Source of the DNA: Eledone cirrhosa
Taxonomy: Eukaryota
NCBI GenBank assembly: GCA_964016885.1
Contig: OZ024741.1
Span: 104,780,001 to 104,844,000 of the forward strand
Direction: 5' to 3'
DNA length: 64,000 nucleotides
Part shown: positions 25,985 through 37,645 of the stretch, one piece after another
Layout: each line of letters starts with the position of its first letter
Position numbering within the stretch: position 1 is the stretch's first letter
The notes under the pieces: generated by a model
What the model was told of the DNA's origin: nothing
What the model saw: only the letters and a program-made list of their open reading frames with translations
Database searches by the model: none
Made by a program: the position numbers and the translations under genes

Positions 25985-26710
25985 TCACTCTCTTTCAAAT
26001 TATTACCCCTCTCTCATTAAAACATTATACCTTTCTCACCCTCTCTATATACCACTACATGTCTCACTCTCTCTCACTAGACCAATATTCTCTCCCTCTC
26101 TCTATATCCCACGACATACCTCACTTTCTCCCACTCTCACAATTGCCCCTCTCTCGTTAAACCACAAAAAATTCTCCCCCTTTCTATATACACTGCATAC
26201 ATCACTCTCTCTCTCACTCTCAAAATACCCTCTCACTAAACCAACAAATGCTCTCCCGCTCTCTATATCTCACTGCATACCTCACTCTCTCTCACAATTC
26301 TCCCTCTCTATAATGCACAACATACCTCACTCTCTCTCAAACTCACAATACTCCCTCTCTCACTTAACCAACAAATACTCTCCTGCTCTCTATATCCCAC
26401 TACATACCTCACTCTCGCTCACGATTCCCCCTCTCTCAGTAGACCACTAAATTTATATTCTACTACATACCTCACGCTCTTAACTCCCCTTCTCTCACTA
26501 GGCTAATAAACTCTCACCTCTCTCTATAACCCACTGCATACATCACCCTCTCTATATTCCACTACAACATTCTCTCACCCTCTCTATATTCCACTACATA
26601 CCTAACACTCTCTCACTCTCCTAATTCCCCCTCTCTCACTAAATCAACAAATTCTCTCCCACTCTCTATATTCCACTACATACCACTCTCTTTCTCTCTC
26701 ACTCTCACAA

Positions 26711-26741
<31 letters not shown>

Positions 26742-26787
26742 CACGCACACACACACACACACACACACATACACACACATACGCACA

Positions 26788-26883
<96 letters not shown>

Positions 26884-27015
26884 TCCGACTCTTTCACTAG
26901 ATCAACAAATTCTCTCCCGCTCAGTATATCCCACTACATACCTCACTCTCTCTCACAATTCCTCGTCTCTCACTAAACCACCAAATTCTCTCTCCCTCTC
27001 TCTACATCCCACTTC
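25985..27015. repeat. Degenerate ~60-75 bp minisatellite (ctctctatatcccactacatacctcactctc..actaaaccaacaaatt) with an internal (CA)n expansion
   Basis: Unit recurs more than 10 times in tandem. Confidence 0.8.
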
Positions 27016-27184
27016 AATATGTTTTACTTTGAAACAACAAATGTTTTCATCGTCTCTAGAGAACGACAAAGTTCTCCATCTCCTCCCCTAATGTTTGACA
27101 GTCCAAAGTTTAATCCGATTGGTGAATTCTAATTACAGTAGTGTTATAATTTCAAAGAGCATATATATATATAATACAACAAAT

Positions 27185-27462
27185 AAACAATAAGTCAAGG
27201 TTTATCATTATTAAGATATTTAATTGAACTGCGTACATTCACTAATCAAACTAGGAACGAAAGACAATTCATTCCTGAAGGTCAACATCATCAGAGTCAA
27301 ATAAAATAAACAATAAAATAATATACCTTAAATTTGTAATTATATCAGTAGTAAATGAATAAACACGTTTTCACTTCGTAAGTGAAGCTGTAAATATTTG
27401 TTTGACTAGTGAAACGTACGTAAGACAATTAAATGTTTTAATGATAACCTTTGACTTATTAT
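27185..27462. mobile_element. Old foldback insert with hammerhead remnants
   Basis: 27190-27251 is a diverged reverse complement of 27400-27460; CTGATGA on minus at ~27286-27292; GAAA-cgtacg-TA on plus at ~27411-27422. Confidence 0.55.
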
Positions 27463-27521
27463 ATAATTGTTATACGTATATATATATATATGTGTGTGTG
27501 GGGGTTTGGAGTGTGGGGGTG

Positions 27522-27563
<42 letters not shown>

Positions 27564-27596
27564 GTTTGTGTGTGCGTGTGCGTGAGTGTTTGTGTC

Positions 27597-27940
27597 TAAT
27601 GGCAGCCATCTGGCGCTCGTGCATAGCCATCGCATGAATTTTGAAACACGCTTCTACGAGTGTATAGGACAGATGTGACTTTTTAGACCATCAAGAAGCC
27701 ATCTACTTTTATGTGCTACTTCAAGCTAACAGCTGATTGGCAAATTTTTTACCACATTGATGGCAGATTGTTATACCACACGCACCAGCATAATTTGCAT
27801 CAGCCCTTTTTACATGGCTCTCTTTTTGTGGATCTTTAATCCAACTTTGCTGAGAGAGACTCTCCCACACTCATTGCATGTCAGCTCTCCATGGTCTCCC
27901 ACAATTTCTGGCAGTTCCACTTTCAATCTCTTCTCTTGAA
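27597..27940 (-). mobile_element. RTE-like LINE 3' end fragment (second family)
   Basis: Terminal hairpin-like gctatgcacgagcgccagatggctgccatt on minus, similar to the RTE tails elsewhere in the window. Confidence 0.45.
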
Positions 27941-28126
27941 TAATTACAAAGCTCAACATTGAATAACATCAACATTTTAATATTCTGATCAACTTGAATA
28001 ATTTATACCGGACATTCGCAGTTATCTCCTTTACACCATTCGATCGTGGGATTATATCGCCTAGGAGAAGTGACCGTTTCTACACATGCGTATTCATACG
28101 GTTGATTGTCCTTTTCCGTCACTCAG

Positions 28127-28169
28127 ACCGAGCTGAAGATCCGCTTAAGGTGAAACATTTCTTCTCGGT
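28127..28169 (+). ncRNA. Hammerhead motif (stem III decayed), homologous to 46622-46659
   Basis: accgag-CTGAAGA-tccgcttaaggt-GAAA-catttc-tt-ctcggt, then tail tggtgaactaactgttgt into (TA)n. Confidence 0.65.
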
Positions 28170-28195
28170 ATGGTGAACTAACTGTTGTAGAACTA

Positions 28196-28317
<122 letters not shown>

Positions 28318-28455
28318 ACGAAGGAGGTGTGGTAAGGATCCAGATGGACCATAACACACCAGAGTACTCAATAGTTAGGATAGTAGAGTGGGTAATAGGA
28401 AAAGTTTTAACCCCGAGCGTCGAAACGGCTTGAGCTCTGCCGTCGGGGTTAACTG

Positions 28456-28460
<5 letters not shown>
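28318..28460. mobile_element. Short foldback insert in (TA)n, same family as 10187-10380
   Basis: 28318-28417 is the reverse complement of ~10280-10380; 28418-28460 matches 10255-10300 directly. Confidence 0.75.
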
Positions 28461-28537
<77 letters not shown>

Positions 28538-29814
28538 ATATATATGTATATATATATGATTTTGTATTTACATCCTTGTGTTGAATTTTTCCTATTTGTT
28601 TGTATCAAAATTTCTACATTAAATATTCTTAACCTACTTTCTAAGTTGCTTAATTTAATAATCTTCATTCCCATCGTATAATAACCATTTTATCATAATT
28701 TCATGAACCATCGTTTTATCGTCTCTGTTCTCGATACTGCCACAAATCCTTACAGCAACACTTCTAATGATCATAACAACAAAGATTGTCAACAATATTA
28801 TCAAATTCACACTAAATGCGTTTAGTAAATTAGATATTCATTCAGTTTTGGATTGAAATTGTGAAGAATGTATATAACTCTTTCGTCACGATATAGCTCT
28901 TATTTAAATCTAAAGCTATACCGTTTGACGAGATTGCCACTAGGCCTCTCAAATTCCTGTTTACTGAAAATTCTTTAAATGTTGCTATTTTATTCAAAGT
29001 TCCAATGACATTAACGTGTCTTCACAACTTTAATGGGACATTAGGCTTAGATTACGATAGAATTCATGTCTTTAAAATATAGCAACGTAAGAATAACTAC
29101 AGTATTGAAAGAATAAAGAAATAATAAACTTAAACATAGAAAGAAATTTAACGTTCCATCAAGGCTTCGTTATTATCTTCTTTTCGTTTCTATCCTCCTC
29201 CTCCCCTCCTCCTTTTTTTCTTTCTTTCTTGTTAATTAAAGTTGAGTTGTCTAATGTTACAGTTGAAGTATGCAGGCGCTCCGTCTTGCTCTCTGTCACT
29301 GATTAATACTTTCTCTTATTAATTACACCGTAACACACACCTCACTGTCACCGTCTCAGTTTTTATGATAAATAATTATGCTCTAAATACGTTAACAGTT
29401 CTCACTTGCTCACACTGACGCGTTTAATTTTGTTTTCTTAAATACTGTTGTATTTGCTATCTTATTCTCATCAAATAATGAAAAAAGTAACAAAGACAAA
29501 GAAACAACACCCACTAGCAATAGCATAATACCATTTTCTTTCTTCATTCTTCATTGATGAAACATAGTAGAAGGTTTTTAACTATTCTGCTGGCGTATAT
29601 CTGTTCCCAGCTGGAGCTTGCTGTGTATCGCTGCAGTGTCCAATTGAAGACAATATACGGAAGTAGATTCAGTCGACCCTTGAATATATATACTCGTGTA
29701 AAAGTCGAATTTATATATATATAAACATTTCAAAGATCTACGCCACATGCATTTGTATATTATTTATTAATATATATTTTTGTTTGTAGATCTGTAAAAT
29801 ATATATGCACAAAC

Positions 29815-30130
29815 ATCTGATGGCACTCCCTCGGTTACGACGAGTATTCCTGTTGATACGATCAACGGAACAGCCTGCTCGTGGAATTAACGTGCAAGTG
29901 GCAGATCATACCACAAACTCGCGTTCCTTTAACGTAGTTCTCAGAAAGATTCAGCGTGACCAGAATTACAAGTACAACTAATTTTTGCCAGCTGAGTGGA
30001 CTGTAGCAACATGAAATAAAATGTCTTGTTCAAAATGTCTTGTTCAAGGACACAGCGCGCTGCCGGGAATCGAACTCACGACCTTACGATCGTGAGCCAA
30101 ATACCCTAACCACAAAGTCGCACACTTTCA
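29815..30130 (-). mobile_element. Octopus-type tRNA-derived SINE (OR-like)
   Basis: tRNA head on minus (tggttagggt..gtgagttcgattcccgg), gtgtccttgaacaagaca core and long conserved tail. Confidence 0.8.
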
Positions 30131-30217
30131 CACGCAATGCATTTCCTATCCTAGACATGTTGCTATAATAAGAAGTTCGCTTTCCAATCCCAATTTCCTA
30201 CATTTGTCCTTGTAAAT

Positions 30218-30722
30218 AGTTATTTATCCAACGTTACTGCTACATTTGTACATACATGATGAATATTGACGTGATTATATCCTTGTAATAAATTATTAAA
30301 ATATCATTCGTATCTTTACTCGCTTCGACGTGCCAATAGTCAACATAAGCTACAGGGTTTCTTTTATGCAAACCATTAATGTATCAAAATATCTATATCT
30401 ATATATATATATATACCAGGCCTAGTAGACCAGTACCATCAGTAACGACGGCAATAGCGTTTAACGTATTTAATTTTTGTTGTGCAGGGTCAGTATGACA
30501 TGTATTACAGGATATAATGAACAACCATGCAAACTAGGAAATTTGAATGTTGATACATTAATGGTTTGCATAAAAGAAACCCTGTAGCTTACGTTGACTA
30601 TTGACACGTCGAAGCGAGTAAAGATACGAATGATATTTTAATAATTTATTACAAGGATATAATTACATAAATATTCAGCATGTATGTACAAATGTATCAG
30701 TAACGTTCGATAAATAATTATT
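30218..30722. repeat. ~175-bp inverted repeat (30218-30392 / 30545-30722) with unique spacer
   Basis: Arms are close reverse complements; right end abuts (TA)n. Confidence 0.85.
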
Positions 30723-30728
30723 TACAAA

Positions 30729-30825
<97 letters not shown>

Positions 30826-30974
30826 ATATATATCAGATGTGAGAAAAACCACAGACCCTCCATCTCAACTCTACATTTGAAAAGCAGAATAATTGCGAAA
30901 CCGGTAAAGGAACCAAATAAATATATATATATTTTTTTAAATAAGACTCCAGTTGCTATTTATATCTATTTCTC

Positions 30975-31604
30975 TACACCTTCTTCGGAAGATGTATCTA
31001 CTCCATTCCAGAAACTAATTAGTTGGAAGTGATATTTTAGTAAGTAAGTTAATTTTATAATTTTCTTATTTTACGTCTCTTATATTATTGTTCTGCAACC
31101 CCATACATTGAACCACAATGTTATTAAGACAAAACCTATATATTTGCTAGCATCGATATGCATTTGTATGTATATATATGTTACTAGATATGAATTCTTT
31201 ATTATTATCTCCAAATCTTTTGTCGAGCAATACTGGCCATGACTGCTGCTACAGTAGTAGGCTGGCCGCTGTCTTATTAACAACCCACTTTCCACCGATT
31301 GACCTCGGTGTCACGTGTTCGATTCTTTTTGAATTTGCCACGGACACAGAGGCAGTGATTTTCTCAATGGCTAGGAATTAAGTCCACGCTTTGCTATTTC
31401 CTATTCACTGATTTATTTTTTAATAAGCTTCAAGTGTCCTCGCTTTGCCTGGAAACTTATATGAGAATTGACTTTCCTGATGACGGGATGTTTCTCAACA
31501 CCTTCTTCGGAAGATGTATCTACTCCAATCCAGAAACTAATTAGTTAGTTCGAAGTGATATTTTAGTAAGTAAGTTAATTTTATAATTTTCTTATTTTAC
31601 GTCT

Positions 31605-31608
<4 letters not shown>
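30975..31608 (+). repeat. ~110-bp direct repeats (30975-31083, 31497-31608) with hammerhead-like motif; pLTR-like
   Basis: Each unit has CGGAAGA..GAA-actaattagt (palindrome)-t and ends at tata. Confidence 0.7.
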
Positions 31609-31677
<69 letters not shown>

Positions 31678-31824
31678 CGTAGTTAAGAAAGCCACAACAA
31701 TGCAGAGGGAAATCTCGAGGTAGGAAGTGAAAGATAGATAGGAAAAACAGGTGAAAGTGAAAATTGAGAGAGACAAAGATGAAAACAAAACAAAGGTAGA
31801 AGGGTTACCGTAGTGGAGATTTAA

Positions 31825-31860
31825 TCCCAATATTTCGGGCTCACGCCCATCAACGGGGGA
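31825..31860 (-). ncRNA. Hammerhead-like motif, non-canonical CCGUUGA core (left arm pLTR)
   Basis: tccc-CCGTTGA-t-gggc(gtga)gccc-GAA-atat-T-ggga. Confidence 0.5.
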
Positions 31861-32468
31861 AAAGTTCCAAAAGGGGGGGGGGGGACAGGCCAAGCGGAGA
31901 AAGTTGTGATGTCGTTAAGACAGGAATGCCGTTATGGGGAGAAAATTATTTAAAATTTAAACGAGGGAAAGAATGCGCGTGCGCGTGATATGCTGTGGCA
32001 AAAGCTACTGACCAAATGGGTTAAATCAAGAGGGTGCGCTAGCGTGTGAAAGTCGTAAGATATGTGTGTGTAAATATATATGTGTGTGTAACTGTGTGTG
32101 TATAAGTGTAAGTGTGTATATGTGTGAGTGTGTGTGTGTGTGAAAGATAGTGGGCTGTAGAAGCTGGAAATCAAAGAGTGTGAAAGGTGGTAGGTTGTAA
32201 AACATGTGTGCGTGTATAAATATAGATGTGTGTGTGTAAGCGTATGGGTATACATGTGTGTGTAACTGTGTGTGTATATGTGTGAGTGCGTTTGTGTGTG
32301 AAAGATAGTGGGCTGTAGAAGCTGGAAATCAAAGGGTGTGAAAGGTGGTAGGTTGTAAAAACATGTGTGCGTGTATAAATATAGATGTGTGTGTGTATGC
32401 GTATGGGTATGCATATACGTGCGTGTGTGTGAAGATAGCAGGCCGTAGGCTGTGAATGGTCACTATGG

Positions 32469-35122
32469 TTAAGTTAGCCATGTCAGCTCATTTCTCTCAG
32501 CCCGGTTGTTAAGTGGGGGTCTGAGGTTCTTAATAACAAGTGCTTCCTTTATCCTTAAGGATCCGATGCTGCGTTCAGTCGCTAGGACTGTGACCAAGGG
32601 TCTACCCTGTGGGTTTCCGCATTTAAGGATGTGTTTACGGAAGGAAGATGCGTTGGTGTTGATATGTTCCTTGATACGAACATGTAGGGGTCGGATGGTG
32701 CTACCTATGTAAAACTTGTTACATTTATCGCATTGAATCTTATATACGACATAGGTGCGTAGGCAATCTACCCCCCGTATCGGGCAGTTGCTGAGGGAAC
32801 AGGTCCCATCTGACTCGTCGGGTTTGTTGGAGAGGCATCTTCGCAGCGAAGGTCCTGCGTGGGCCAAATGTATGTCAAGTCCCTCCGTCCGTATGGCCCT
32901 GCGGATGGCGTTCGTGGTATATTCACTCAGGTGGGGGATTTTAAAGAAGCACCTGCTTTTATTTAAGTTTCTAGTGGGTGTCTGTCTATTGGGTCTGGGG
33001 TCTCTAATTCCGTTAATCAGTCGCTTGGGATAACCATTAGATCTGAGTAGATTACGGAATTGCGTGGTATGGGTGAGACCACCCATCGGGTCGCTGCATC
33101 TGTTAGTGATCCGTGTCAGTTCATTTAGGACATAGCCTCTCTTAGCGTTGTTGGGGAGGGCTGAGTTATAATGCACAAATAAGTCCTTGCACGCTGCTTT
33201 GCGGTAGAAGGTGGTGTTTATGTCTCCTTCTTCCGAGATGTTGATACGGAAGTCGAGGAGGGCGAGTGACCCGTCTTCTCCTGGGTGTTCGATGGTGAAA
33301 TCGACGTGATGGTCAGTATCGTTGAAGATTTGGTGAATTTCATTCGCCATCTCCCGGGAAGAAGTAAGTATCAGGATGTCATCAACGTATCTGGAGTAGA
33401 AGGCGACGGCGTTGGGTTGGCAGGTATTGAGTGCCTTGCGTTCCAGGTGGTCCATGTACGAGATCGCAAGTATGCCGGACAGACTAGAGCCCATAGGTAG
33501 CCCAGAGATTTGTTTGTACGTGTGGCCAAGGAAATTGAAGAGTGCATTATCCACAATGAAGGAGAGGAGTTGGTGGATGTCCGTGTGTGTGAGTCCGAAG
33601 CAGAGTAAGTTAGATGCTCGGACTCGTTCGGTCAACAGGTCGACAGCTGGGGATGCTGGTACGGAGGTATAAAGGGCGACCACATCAAGACTGAAGGCAT
33701 AACCGTTGTCCTTTCTGGTGTTGGGCGCCAGATGGTGTAGTCGCTCCAAGACCTCCTTTGAGCTGCAGACGTGGGCTGGTAGTGTGTGTAGAATGGGTTT
33801 CAGTAGTGTGGAGAGCAGCCACGATATTTTGTAGAGTGGGCCCTCCACGCTAGAGACAATGGGCCTGATTTTCAAATCGGGTCCTTGTTTATGTGTTTTA
33901 ACCAGGTGGTAGAAGGTGGGTAATTTGCTGTTTCGAGTCATTATGTTGTTTTTTACCTTCTTTGGCAGTTTTCGTTGGACACAGATGTTAGTCCATATGG
34001 TGTTAATGCCTTCCTCGATTAGAGTCGAGGAGGTCCCTGTGACTTTCGAGTAGAGGCTGTGGTCATTAAGATGTTGGAGAGCTAAGTTGTTGTAGGTCTC
34101 TCTCGAGATGACACAGAATTTTTTCCCCTTGTCAGAGGGAAGGTACACAAGGTTCCTGGATCTTAGGTTGGTGAGAGTATTAAATTGTGCATTGGTGAGG
34201 TTGCGTTTATTGTGTGTGTGTGTTGGGAAAGGATGTTAGAGATAGAATGTTTCAACCTGAGTAGTTTAGTGTCAAGTTCGTGGTTGGTGGGTGGGAGCTG
34301 GAGTGGGTTGTCGAGGTGATACGTGGGGAGTGTGGGGTGGGTTGTGGGGTTGTAATCGGTCTCGGTGTTGTTTTGGATGGCGGTTAGCCATTTCAGTTGA
34401 TATGCTGTCCGACAGAAGTTGGTTTCGATGTCGAGTTTCAGTCTATCATCGAGACGCTGTGTAATGATGAACTTGGGTCCGAGGCGCAGAAGTTCGAGTT
34501 CGTCGTTGGTGAGGGTACCGGTTAAGTCGGTAACGAGGTGTGAAGCATCGTTGGTGGGTAGATCGATGTTGGGGGGTGTAGCGGAGGGTGTTGTATAGCT
34601 GTTGCCCCTGGTGTGGTTGTAGTCGGTCCGTCTGTTGCCCCTGGTGTGGTTGTAGTCGGTCCGTCTGTCATTGTAGTATTTGTTTACAGTCCATTCGTAT
34701 TTCCGTATAAGGCGCTGTTTATCATATTTGACTCTGGTGTGGTAACACTGATCTATAGCTTTGCGTATTTCCTGGACCTGGTGGTCAGGGGTGAGGGTTG
34801 GAGCTATACGATCTATGTGCTCGGAAAGCGTTTGTATATGGAGTCGCAGTTGGTGGTGGTTGTATCGTAGTATTTTCTTGATAAACGTGCGTTGAATGTG
34901 GCGGATGGTGTTTTCGAAGGATGGTGATCGTAAACATTCGGGTAGATGTATATTCCTGATGGTGGTTGGAATGATGTTGTTCTTTAGGCAGCGTTTTAAG
35001 AAGGTAATTTGGCAACCGAGTTTGGCACGATTCTCCGATAGTCTGAATAGGTCCCTTATGGGTGCAAACAAGTCCTGGCTCAGGTGTAATGATAAGAGGG
35101 TGTTAAAGTTTGCTTGAAGCAT
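32469..35122 (-). CDS. PLE polyprotein (~880 aa; RT plus GIY-YIG endonuclease) with one frameshift at (AC)n 34211-34223
   Basis: ATG at 35122 (MLQANF); LGPKF, SDKG, KTHK..IRPIVS, SLDVVALYTSVP, GLPMGSSLSG, RYVDD, YRK, VVYKIQCDKC..YIGSTIRPLHVRIKEH, EAL, LN motifs. Confidence 0.92.
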
Positions 35123-35337
35123 TGTGAAATGTGTAAAATACGTAGTTAAGAAAGCCACAACAATGCAGAGGGAAATCTCGAGGTAGGAAGTGAAAGATAG
35201 ATAGGAAAAACAGGTGAAAGTGAAAATTGAGAGAGACAAAGATGAAAACAAAACAAAGGTAGAAGGAAGGCATTAACACCATATGGACTAACATCTGTGT
35301 CCAACGAAAACTGCCAAAGAAGGTAAAAAACAACATA

Positions 35338-36810
35338 ATGACTCGAAACAGCAAATTACCCACCTTCTACCACCTGGTTAAAACACATAAACAAGGACCC
35401 GATTTGAAAATCAGGCCCATTGTCTCTAGCGTGGAGGGCCCACTCTACAAAATATCGTGGCTGCTCTCCACACTACTGAAACCCATTCTACACACACTAC
35501 CAGCCCACGTCTGCAGCTCAAAGGAGGTCTTGGAGCAACTACACCATCTGGCGCCCAACACCAGAAAGGACAACGGTTATGCCTTTAGTCTTGATGTGGT
35601 CGCCCTTTATACCTCCGTACCAGCATCCCCAGCTGTCGACCTGTTGACCGAACGAGTCCGAGCATCTAACTTACTCTGCTTCGGACTCACACACACGGAC
35701 ATCCACCAACTCCTCTCCTTCATTGTGGATAATGCACTCTTCAATTTCCTTGGCCACACGTACAAACAAATCTCTGGGCTACCTATGGGCTCTAGTCTGT
35801 CCGGCATACTTGCGATCTCGTACATGGACCACCTGGAACGCAAGGCACTCAATACCTGCCAACCCAACGCCGTCGCCTTCTACTCCAGATACGTTGATGA
35901 CATCCTGATACTTACTTCTTCCCGGGAGATGGCGAATGAAATTCACCAAATCTTCAACGATACTGACCATCACGTCGATTTCACCATCGAACACCCAGGA
36001 GAAGACGGGTCACTCGCCCTCCTCGACTTCCGTATCAACATCTCGGAAGAAGGAGACATAAACACCACCTTCTACCGCAAAGCAGCGTGCAAGGACTTAT
36101 TTGTGCATTATAACTCAGCCCTCCCCAACAACGCTAAGAGAGGCTATGTCCTAAATGAACTGACACGGATCACTAACAGATGCAGCGACCCGATGGGTGG
36201 TCTCACCCATACCACGCAATTCCGTAATCTACTCAGATCTAATGGTTATCCCAAGCGACTGATTAACGGAATTAGAGACCCCAGACCCAATAGACAGACA
36301 CCCACTAGAAACTTAAATAAAAGCAGGTGCTTCTTTAAAATCCCCCACCTGAGTGAATATACCACGAACGCCATCCGCAGGGCCATACGGACGGAGGGAC
36401 TTGACATACATTTGGCCCACACAGGACCTTTGCTGCGAAGATGCCTCTCCAACAAACCCGACGAGTCAGATGGGACCTGTTCCCTCAGCAACTGCCCGAT
36501 ACGTGTGGCAGATTGCCTACGCACCTATGTCGTATATAAGATTCAATGCGATAAATGTAACAAGTTTTACATAGGTAGCACCATCCGACCCCTACATGTT
36601 CATATCAAGGAACATATCAACACCAACGCATCTTCCTTCCGTAAACACATCCTTAAATGCGGAAACCCACAGGGTAGACCCTTGGTCACAGTCCTAGCGA
36701 CTGAACGCAGCATCGGATCCTTAAGGATAAAGGAAGCACTTGTTATTAAGAACCTCAGACCCCCACTTAACAACCGGGCTGAGAGAAATGAGCTGACATG
36801 GCTAACTTAA
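35338..36810 (+). CDS. PLE RT plus GIY-YIG open frame, N-terminally truncated
   Basis: 490-aa ORF matching the left-arm protein apart from about 6 substitutions. Confidence 0.88.
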   Translation: MTRNSKLPTFYHLVKTHKQGPDLKIRPIVSSVEGPLYKISWLLSTLLKPILHTLPAHVCSSKEVLEQLHHLAPNTRKDNGYAFSLDVVALYTSVPASPAVDLLTERVRASNLLCFGLTHTDIHQLLSFIVDNALFNFLGHTYKQISGLPMGSSLSGILAISYMDHLERKALNTCQPNAVAFYSRYVDDILILTSSREMANEIHQIFNDTDHHVDFTIEHPGEDGSLALLDFRINISEEGDINTTFYRKAACKDLFVHYNSALPNNAKRGYVLNELTRITNRCSDPMGGLTHTTQFRNLLRSNGYPKRLINGIRDPRPNRQTPTRNLNKSRCFFKIPHLSEYTTNAIRRAIRTEGLDIHLAHTGPLLRRCLSNKPDESDGTCSLSNCPIRVADCLRTYVVYKIQCDKCNKFYIGSTIRPLHVHIKEHINTNASSFRKHILKCGNPQGRPLVTVLATERSIGSLRIKEALVIKNLRPPLNNRAERNELTWLT

Positions 36811-37418
36811 CCATAGTGACCATTCACAGCCTACGGCCTGCTATCTTCACACACACGCACGTATATGCATACCCATACGCATACACACACACATCTATAT
36901 TTATACACGCACACATGTTTTTACAACCTACCACCTTTCACACCCTTTGATTTCCAGCTTCTACAGCCCACTATCTTTCACACACAAACGCACTCACACA
37001 TATACACACACAGTTACACACACATGTATACCCATACGCTTACACACACACATCTATATTTATACACGCACACATGTTTTACAACCTACCACCTTTCACA
37101 CTCTTTGATTTCCAGCTTCTACAGCCCACTATCTTTCACACACACACACACTCACACATATACACACTTACACTTATACACACACAGTTACACACACATA
37201 TATATTTACACACATATATCTTACGACTTTCACACGCTAGCGCACCCTCTTGATTTAACCCATTTGGTCAGTAGCTTTTGCCACAGCCTATCACGCGCAC
37301 GCGCATTCTTTCCCTCGTTTAAATTTTAAATAATTTTCTCCCCATAACGGCATTCCTGTCTTAACGACATCACAACTTTCTCCGCTTGGCCTGTTCCCCC
37401 CCCCCCTTTTGGAACTTT

Positions 37419-37454
37419 TCCCCCGTTGATGGGCGTGAGCCCGAAATATTGGGA
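37419..37454 (+). ncRNA. Hammerhead-like motif, non-canonical CCGUUGA core (right arm pLTR)
   Basis: Identical to 31825-31860; GNRA-capped 4-bp stem II directly before GAAA. Confidence 0.5.
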
Positions 37455-37645
37455 TTAAATCTCCACTACGGTAACCCTTCTACCTTTGTTTTGTTTTCAT
37501 CTTTGTCTCTCTCAATTTTCACTTTCACCTGTTTTTCCTATCTATCTTTCACTTCCTACCTCGAGATTTCCCTCTGCATTGTTGTGGCTTTCTTAACTAC
37601 GTATCTTACACATTCCACAATGCTTCAAGCAAACTTTAACACCCT

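Larger units (their letters stand above)
31675..35266 (-). mobile_element. Near-intact Penelope-like retroelement, family A (left arm)
   Basis: Full ORF, 3'UTR and terminal direct repeat (31675-31803 = 35138-35266); 3' end in (TA)n. Confidence 0.95.

Noticed and set aside
30055-30130. tRNA gene candidates at SINE heads (also 18548, 19127, 53920)
   Set aside because: A/B boxes run straight into SINE bodies and no complete cloverleaf is evident.
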